A program made the translations under genes and the position numbers. Below the pieces are notes generated by a model. It worked only from the letters and a program-made list of their open reading frames with translations. It was not told the DNA's origin and did no database searches. Of a stretch of DNA of 64,000 nucleotides, positions 59,524 to 64,000 are shown piece by piece. The stretch comes from Clostridia bacterium (GTDB lineage: Bacteria; Bacillota; Clostridia; UMGS1883). The stretch is from NCBI GenBank assembly GCA_045594665.1, contig JAZNYX010000053.1, forward strand, positions 71,833-135,832, read 5' to 3'. Within the stretch, counting starts at the first letter, position 1; the number at the start of each line of letters is the position of its first letter.

Positions 59524-60813
59524 ATGAAAAAAGTATATAGACTAATATTATCTCTTTTGATAATATGTTGTGCTTTTATACCAATATCTGTTTTGGCTTT
59601 AGAAACACCCACATTAGATATTGTGGTAAGTTTGCAGATTGATAATCCTATGATGGAAATAAACGGGGTGCAAAAAGAAATCGATGATGGTCGTGGAACA
59701 AAGCCCATTGTAAATAATGATAGAACGCTTGTCCCGATAAGAGCAATTATTGAAGCCTTTGGTGGAACAGTTGGGTGGGATAACAACACACGTACTGTAA
59801 CACTAACTTTGGAAGACGATCTCATAAAACTTACCATCGATAGTACGGTCGCCAACTTTAACAATCAGGGGACAACCCTTGATGTTGCACCTACGGTTAT
59901 TAACGGACGTACAATGCTCCCTATTCGCTTTATTGCAGAAAGTTTTAATTTGGGAGTTGCATGGGAAAGTAACACCCGTACAGTTTCTATTATTAGTAAC
60001 GGGTTTGATGATACTGAATATCAAACCATAAAAAATTTAGTTCCTGCATATAGTGGTCAGCCCTATGTTCAAATCAATGGTAATAAGCCTTTTTTTAAGG
60101 ATTATGAGATTATAGAAGGTTCTTTTGAATTTTATGCTGATCTTGATGAACTTGGACGATGCGATGTTGCAATGGCCTCAATAGGTACGGACTTAATGCC
60201 AACACAGGAACGGGAAAGCATCAGTTCAGTAACTCCTACCGGTTGGATCAACAACAGTTATGATGTTGTTGATGGCGGTTATCTTTACAATAGGTGTCAT
60301 TTAATAGGCTTTCAATTAACAGGTGAAAATGCAAACGAACGTAATTTAATCACAGGAACCAGATACTTAAATGTAGATGGCATGTTACCTTTTGAAAATA
60401 TGATTGATGATTATGTGGAAAGAACAAATAACAATGTGATGTATCGTTCAACGCCTGTCTTTACAGGAAACAACCTTGTTGCTGATGGCGTTCTGCTTGA
60501 AGCTTATTCAGTAGAAGATAATGGCAAGGAAATAATGTTCTGTATTTATTGTTACAATGTACAGCCAAATATAAGTATTGATTATTCAACGGGAGCAAAT
60601 GCATTGGCTGAGGAGAATTATAATACGCCTATTATTCCACAGCAGAGTATTCAACCCAATGATGCAACAAACACCATATACAAAGTTTACAGAACGCCAA
60701 CCGGAAAAAGGTATCATTTAGATGCCGATTGCGGTGGGAAAAATAGCTTTGAAACCACTTTGCAAAATGCAGCTGATTTAGGGTTAACTCCCTGTTCGAA
60801 GTGTGTAAAGTAA
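59524..60813 (+). CDS. Secreted stalk-domain DNA/RNA non-specific endonuclease (EndA/streptodornase-like) with C-terminal Cys/His module
   Basis: RTLVPIRAIIEAFGG; LDELGR, YNRCHLIG, NLITGTRYLN, YNVQP; tail TPTGKRYH..C..PCSKC. Confidence 0.85.
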   Translation: MKKVYRLILSLLIICCAFIPISVLALETPTLDIVVSLQIDNPMMEINGVQKEIDDGRGTKPIVNNDRTLVPIRAIIEAFGGTVGWDNNTRTVTLTLEDDLIKLTIDSTVANFNNQGTTLDVAPTVINGRTMLPIRFIAESFNLGVAWESNTRTVSIISNGFDDTEYQTIKNLVPAYSGQPYVQINGNKPFFKDYEIIEGSFEFYADLDELGRCDVAMASIGTDLMPTQERESISSVTPTGWINNSYDVVDGGYLYNRCHLIGFQLTGENANERNLITGTRYLNVDGMLPFENMIDDYVERTNNNVMYRSTPVFTGNNLVADGVLLEAYSVEDNGKEIMFCIYCYNVQPNISIDYSTGANALAEENYNTPIIPQQSIQPNDATNTIYKVYRTPTGKRYHLDADCGGKNSFETTLQNAADLGLTPCSKCVK

Positions 60814-60818
60814 CAACG

Positions 60819-60856
60819 AAAAGAGCAAACAGACTTGAACCTGCTTGCTCTTTTTA
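60819..60856. terminator. Bidirectional terminator
   Basis: AAAAGAGCAA/TTGCTCTTTTT between convergent genes. Confidence 0.65.
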
Positions 60857-60865
60857 AATCTTCTT

Positions 60866-62305
60866 TTAAAATCTGAAATCTCTTATGCCATTTTGAATTT
60901 TTTCAAGGTTTTCCTTACAGATTTCCTTAACTCTTTCTTTGGGGATATTTTCAAGCTCTGCCTGAATCAATGCTTCACCGATTTTCTTAGTATCTTCGGA
61001 AGCGTAGTCCATCAAAAATTCCTTAAGCGTCATCAGTGCATTTGGATGACAGCAATTCTGAATCTGCCCCGATTTGCAAAGGGACATAAATCTGTCTCCC
61101 GTTCTGCCTTCGCGGTAGCATGCCGTACAGAAAGAGGGAATATGTCCAAGCTCCATCAACCATTTAACTACTTCGTCCAAAGTTCTGGTATCCGATACAT
61201 CAAACTGCTCGCTGTCGTGGGGACGTTCCTCCTCGGTATATCCGCCCACAGAAGTTCTGGAAGCACCGCTTATCTGCGATACGCCAAGCTTAATCACCTT
61301 TTCACGTACCGCCTGGCTTTCTCTTGTGGAAATAATCATTCCTGTGTAGGGAGTGGAAATCCTGATAAGGGCACAAATTTTTGCAAATGTATCGTCATCA
61401 ATGCCGTTGTCAAATACATCAGGGTCAATATCGTCTGCACGCTTGATTCTGGGAACGCTGATTGTGTGAGGACCTACGCCGTGAACCGCTTCAAGATGCT
61501 CTGCGTGCATAAGAAGCCCTGCAAATTCGTACTTGTAAAGCTCCAATCCGAAAAGTACGCCCAAGCCCACATCATCAATACCGCCCTCCATGGCTCTGTC
61601 CATAGCTTCTGTATGGTAAGCATAGTCATGCTTCGGACCTGTGGGGTGAAGCTTAAGGTAGCTTTCCTTATGATAGGTTTCCTGGAACAGAATATATGTT
61701 CCGATTCCTGCGTCCTTGAGCTTTCTGTAATTTTCCACCGTTGTAGCCGCAATGTTTACGTTTACACGTCTTATAGCACCGTTTTTGTGCTTAATGGAAT
61801 AAATTGTATCAATACATTCGAGGATATATTCAATGGGATTGTTTACGGGGTCCTCGCCAGATTCAATTGCAAGACGCTTGTGCCCCATGTCCTGAAGTGC
61901 GATAACCTCGTTTCTCACTTCCTCTTGTGTAAGCTTCTTTCTTGCAATATGTTTGTTCTTGTAGTGATACGGGCAGTAGACACAGCCGTTTACGCAGTAG
62001 TTTGAAAGGTACAGCGGTGCAAACATTACTATTCTGTTGCCGTAGAAAGCCTGCTTTATTTCTTCCGCCAGTTTATACATTTCCTGTACCTTTTCGGGAA
62101 TTTCGCAGGCGAGAAGCACAGAAGCCTCCCTGTGGTTAAGTCCTTGGCAGAAGGTGCCGTTATCCTTTTTCTGCGGCCTTGCCTTATCTAAAATTTGGTC
62201 GATAAGCTCCACGTTGTTTTTGTTTTCCTCCGCATACTTTAAAGTAGCACGGATTTCCTCATCGCTGATAAATTCTTCTGCAATCATTGATTTCGGATTA
62301 TACAT
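60866..62305 (-). CDS. hydG: [FeFe]-hydrogenase maturase HydG
   Basis: FAPLYLSNYCVNGCVYC, ILFQETY, C-terminal SFCTACYREGRTG..CHPNA. Confidence 0.93.
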   Translation of the reverse strand: MYNPKSMIAEEFISDEEIRATLKYAEENKNNVELIDQILDKARPQKKDNGTFCQGLNHREASVLLACEIPEKVQEMYKLAEEIKQAFYGNRIVMFAPLYLSNYCVNGCVYCPYHYKNKHIARKKLTQEEVRNEVIALQDMGHKRLAIESGEDPVNNPIEYILECIDTIYSIKHKNGAIRRVNVNIAATTVENYRKLKDAGIGTYILFQETYHKESYLKLHPTGPKHDYAYHTEAMDRAMEGGIDDVGLGVLFGLELYKYEFAGLLMHAEHLEAVHGVGPHTISVPRIKRADDIDPDVFDNGIDDDTFAKICALIRISTPYTGMIISTRESQAVREKVIKLGVSQISGASRTSVGGYTEEERPHDSEQFDVSDTRTLDEVVKWLMELGHIPSFCTACYREGRTGDRFMSLCKSGQIQNCCHPNALMTLKEFLMDYASEDTKKIGEALIQAELENIPKERVKEICKENLEKIQNGIRDFRF

Positions 62306-62353
62306 AATATCATTCCTTTCTTTAGGGTCAGAGAATCTTCCCCTTCAGTACCT

Positions 62354-63034
62354 TTATTCTACCACATCTTTAATCCGCCAGTCAATAGGAGATTTAAGGT
62401 TGGAGATAAGAATTTCATTTGCTTTTTTAAAGTGACCGCATCCCATAAATCCTCTTGATGCAGAAAGGGGGCTGGGGTGTGCCGCCTCTAATACATAGTG
62501 TCGGGGATTTGTAATCAGTTCCTTTTTCTTTCTGGCATTGTTACCCCATAGAAGGAAAATTACAGGCTCCTCTCTTTGGTTAAGCTGACGGATGATTTCA
62601 TCGGTAAATTCCTCCCAGCCTTTTCCCTGATGGCTGTTTGCCTCACCCTCACGCACGGTGAGAACTGCGTTTAAAAGCAAAACTCCTTGCTCTGCCCATT
62701 GCATCAGATAACCTGTTTTGGGAATTTCATACCCGAACTCTGCCTTTATTTCCTTATACATATTAAGAAGTGAAGGGGGAATGGGAATCCCCGGCTTTAC
62801 CGAGAAGCTCATGCCGTGTGCCTGACCTACTTCGTGATAAGGGTCCTGCCCGATGATCACTACCTTAACCTTTGAGTAGGGAGTAGCCTTGAGCGCGGAG
62901 AAAAGCTCATACATATCGGGATAAACCGTGTGGGAAGCATATTCCTCTTTTAAAAATCTGCGAAGCCTGAGATAATATTCCTTTTCAAATTCCTTGCCGA
63001 TTCGCAGATCCCAATCGTTATTTAACTTCACCAT
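62354..63034 (-). CDS. ung: Uracil-DNA glycosylase
   Basis: [26 protein letters not shown]. Confidence 0.97.
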   Translation of the reverse strand: MVKLNNDWDLRIGKEFEKEYYLRLRRFLKEEYASHTVYPDMYELFSALKATPYSKVKVVIIGQDPYHEVGQAHGMSFSVKPGIPIPPSLLNMYKEIKAEFGYEIPKTGYLMQWAEQGVLLLNAVLTVREGEANSHQGKGWEEFTDEIIRQLNQREEPVIFLLWGNNARKKKELITNPRHYVLEAAHPSPLSASRGFMGCGHFKKANEILISNLKSPIDWRIKDVVE

Positions 63035-63497
63035 TTTTAATCACCTTTTTCATAACAGTATTTCGAAGAACCACTCCGCCGCGAGAAAGGGTGCTGATAC
63101 CTGATTTTTTAAAGCCCATTTTAAGATAGAAGCCCTCGGCAGTTTTACTGGAATCAAGGCTCAGCTCGCAAATGCCGTTTTTCATTGCCCAGCTTTCGGC
63201 TTTCTTGAAAAGAGCCGACGCAATGCCCCTGTGTAAAAAATCCTTGTGCGTATACAGCCGATTTATATAGCCGTTTCGCTCCATGCTTATAAAGCCAACC
63301 AATTTTCCTTTTTCAAAAGCTGCTAAATTTAGGGAGTCTGAAAGGTTTTGGCGGAATTTAGGCACGTCAAAATTTGAAGGTGCCCAAGCATCAAGTTCTT
63401 CTTTTGTATAATCATCGGCACAAACAGAGTGTACCGTCTGCACTATTAATTTTACTACATCTTCATACTCGTCGTCAAGTAGTCTTCTGATATACAT
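63018..63497 (-). CDS. GNAT-family acetyltransferase
   Basis: [34 protein letters not shown]. Confidence 0.85.
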   Translation of the reverse strand: MYIRRLLDDEYEDVVKLIVQTVHSVCADDYTKEELDAWAPSNFDVPKFRQNLSDSLNLAAFEKGKLVGFISMERNGYINRLYTHKDFLHRGIASALFKKAESWAMKNGICELSLDSSKTAEGFYLKMGFKKSGISTLSRGGVVLRNTVMKKVIKNGEVK

Positions 63498-63569
63498 AAC
63501 AAAACCCCCAAAGGGTGCTTCGCACAACGAAGCACAGTGTAAAATAAACTAATAAATGAGAAATTTCAC

Positions 63570-63846
63570 TTAGGTTTTGAAAATATTTTGTTGACTGGCA
63601 AAATTCTGTCCACATCATTTTCCTTTGCAGGTGGACAGAATTTAGAAACAGCTGAGGCTGAGTGCCGAATCTGTTTCGGTGACACAAAAACGAAATCTTT
63701 TCAGAACGAAGCTGGCTTCGTAAAAGATTAGGTAGGGTTATTTCTTAGCCCGCCAGGAGCGTTTTAGGGCCCGGGGAATCGCAACCCCGGAACTTTTGGT
63801 ACTTTTGGTTACAAAAGTACATAGACCTTCGTGATTCCACGAAAAA
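63570..63846 (+). repeat. Structured intergenic repeat family 1, copy 3 (divergent 5' half)
   Basis: 3' half TAAAAGATTAGG..GGGGAATCGCAACCCC..CTTTTGGTTACAAAAG matches copies 1 and 2; 5' half keeps stem layout and the ATCATTTTCC loop. Confidence 0.75.
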
Positions 63847-63850
63847 ACAT

Positions 63851-63877
63851 AACCCACATACTATAAGTATGTGGGTT
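63851..63877 (-). terminator. Terminator after rpsU
   Basis: AACCCACATACT-ata-AGTATGTGGGTT. Confidence 0.75.
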
Positions 63878-63889
63878 TGTCGAAATCAA

Positions 63890-64000
63890 TTACTTAAATT
63901 TTCTTTTTCTTGCAGCTTCAGACTTCTTTTTACGTTTTACGCTGGGTTTTTCATAATGCTCTCTTTTTCTAACCTCGGACAATACGCCTGCCTTAGCACA
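63890..64000 (-). CDS. rpsU: 30S ribosomal protein S21, 5' end outside window
   Basis: [36 protein letters not shown]. Confidence 0.96.
   Translation of the reverse strand, partial: CAKAGVLSEVRKREHYEKPSVKRKKKSEAARKRKFK

Noticed and set aside
60845-62005. 386-aa plus-strand ORF, and similar long antisense ORFs (5515-6300, 14845-15564, 27176-27976, 49295-50095, 50260-51045)
   Set aside because: They are shadows of well-supported genes on the opposite strand, with no motifs or SD
1-64000. CRISPR array, prophage or autonomous IS
   Set aside because: No regularly spaced direct repeats, phage structural genes, integrase or transposase were seen

Overview
A gene-dense chromosomal segment from a spore-forming anaerobic Clostridia-type firmicute (gpr, spoIIP, hydG, adhE, fhs). 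Most of it is housekeeping: zur-znuCB, cls, tmcAL/pta-ackA-yceD-rpmF, tRNA-Arg(CCT), guaB-fhs, a TPP-riboswitch thi operon, panT-coaX, polA-coaE-slt-apbE, rpsT, rpmB, rpsF-ssb-rpsR, iscS-nifU, fba, rex-lysR-adhE, glgBCDAP, THF-riboswitch folT-folC, putP, hydG, ung and rpsU. I saw no transposase, integrase or CRISPR array. The interesting signal is intergenic. (1) Three sequence-divergent copies of one RNA architecture (2668-2877 +, 45512-45672 -, 58656-58849 +): a sigma-A promoter, then a roughly 110-155 nt irregular rod hairpin starting at the predicted +1, then a conserved TGCRTTTTTCRGYGCAT hairpin mutually exclusive with an intrinsic terminator. Two copies precede accessory envelope genes and one has no downstream gene. 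I cannot assign it to a named RNA family. (2) A complete type I toxin-antitoxin locus with a 29-aa toxin between coaX and rpsT. (3) Three families of structured non-autonomous repeats plus GTAG-type REPs; one family sits preferentially in 5' UTRs next to the Shine-Dalgarno. (4) A LexA-like regulator lacking its catalytic residues, a 51-aa ORF coupled to gpr, and a possible pseudoknot in the fba leader. All calls were made by eye from the sequence and ORF track; no database search or folding program was run.
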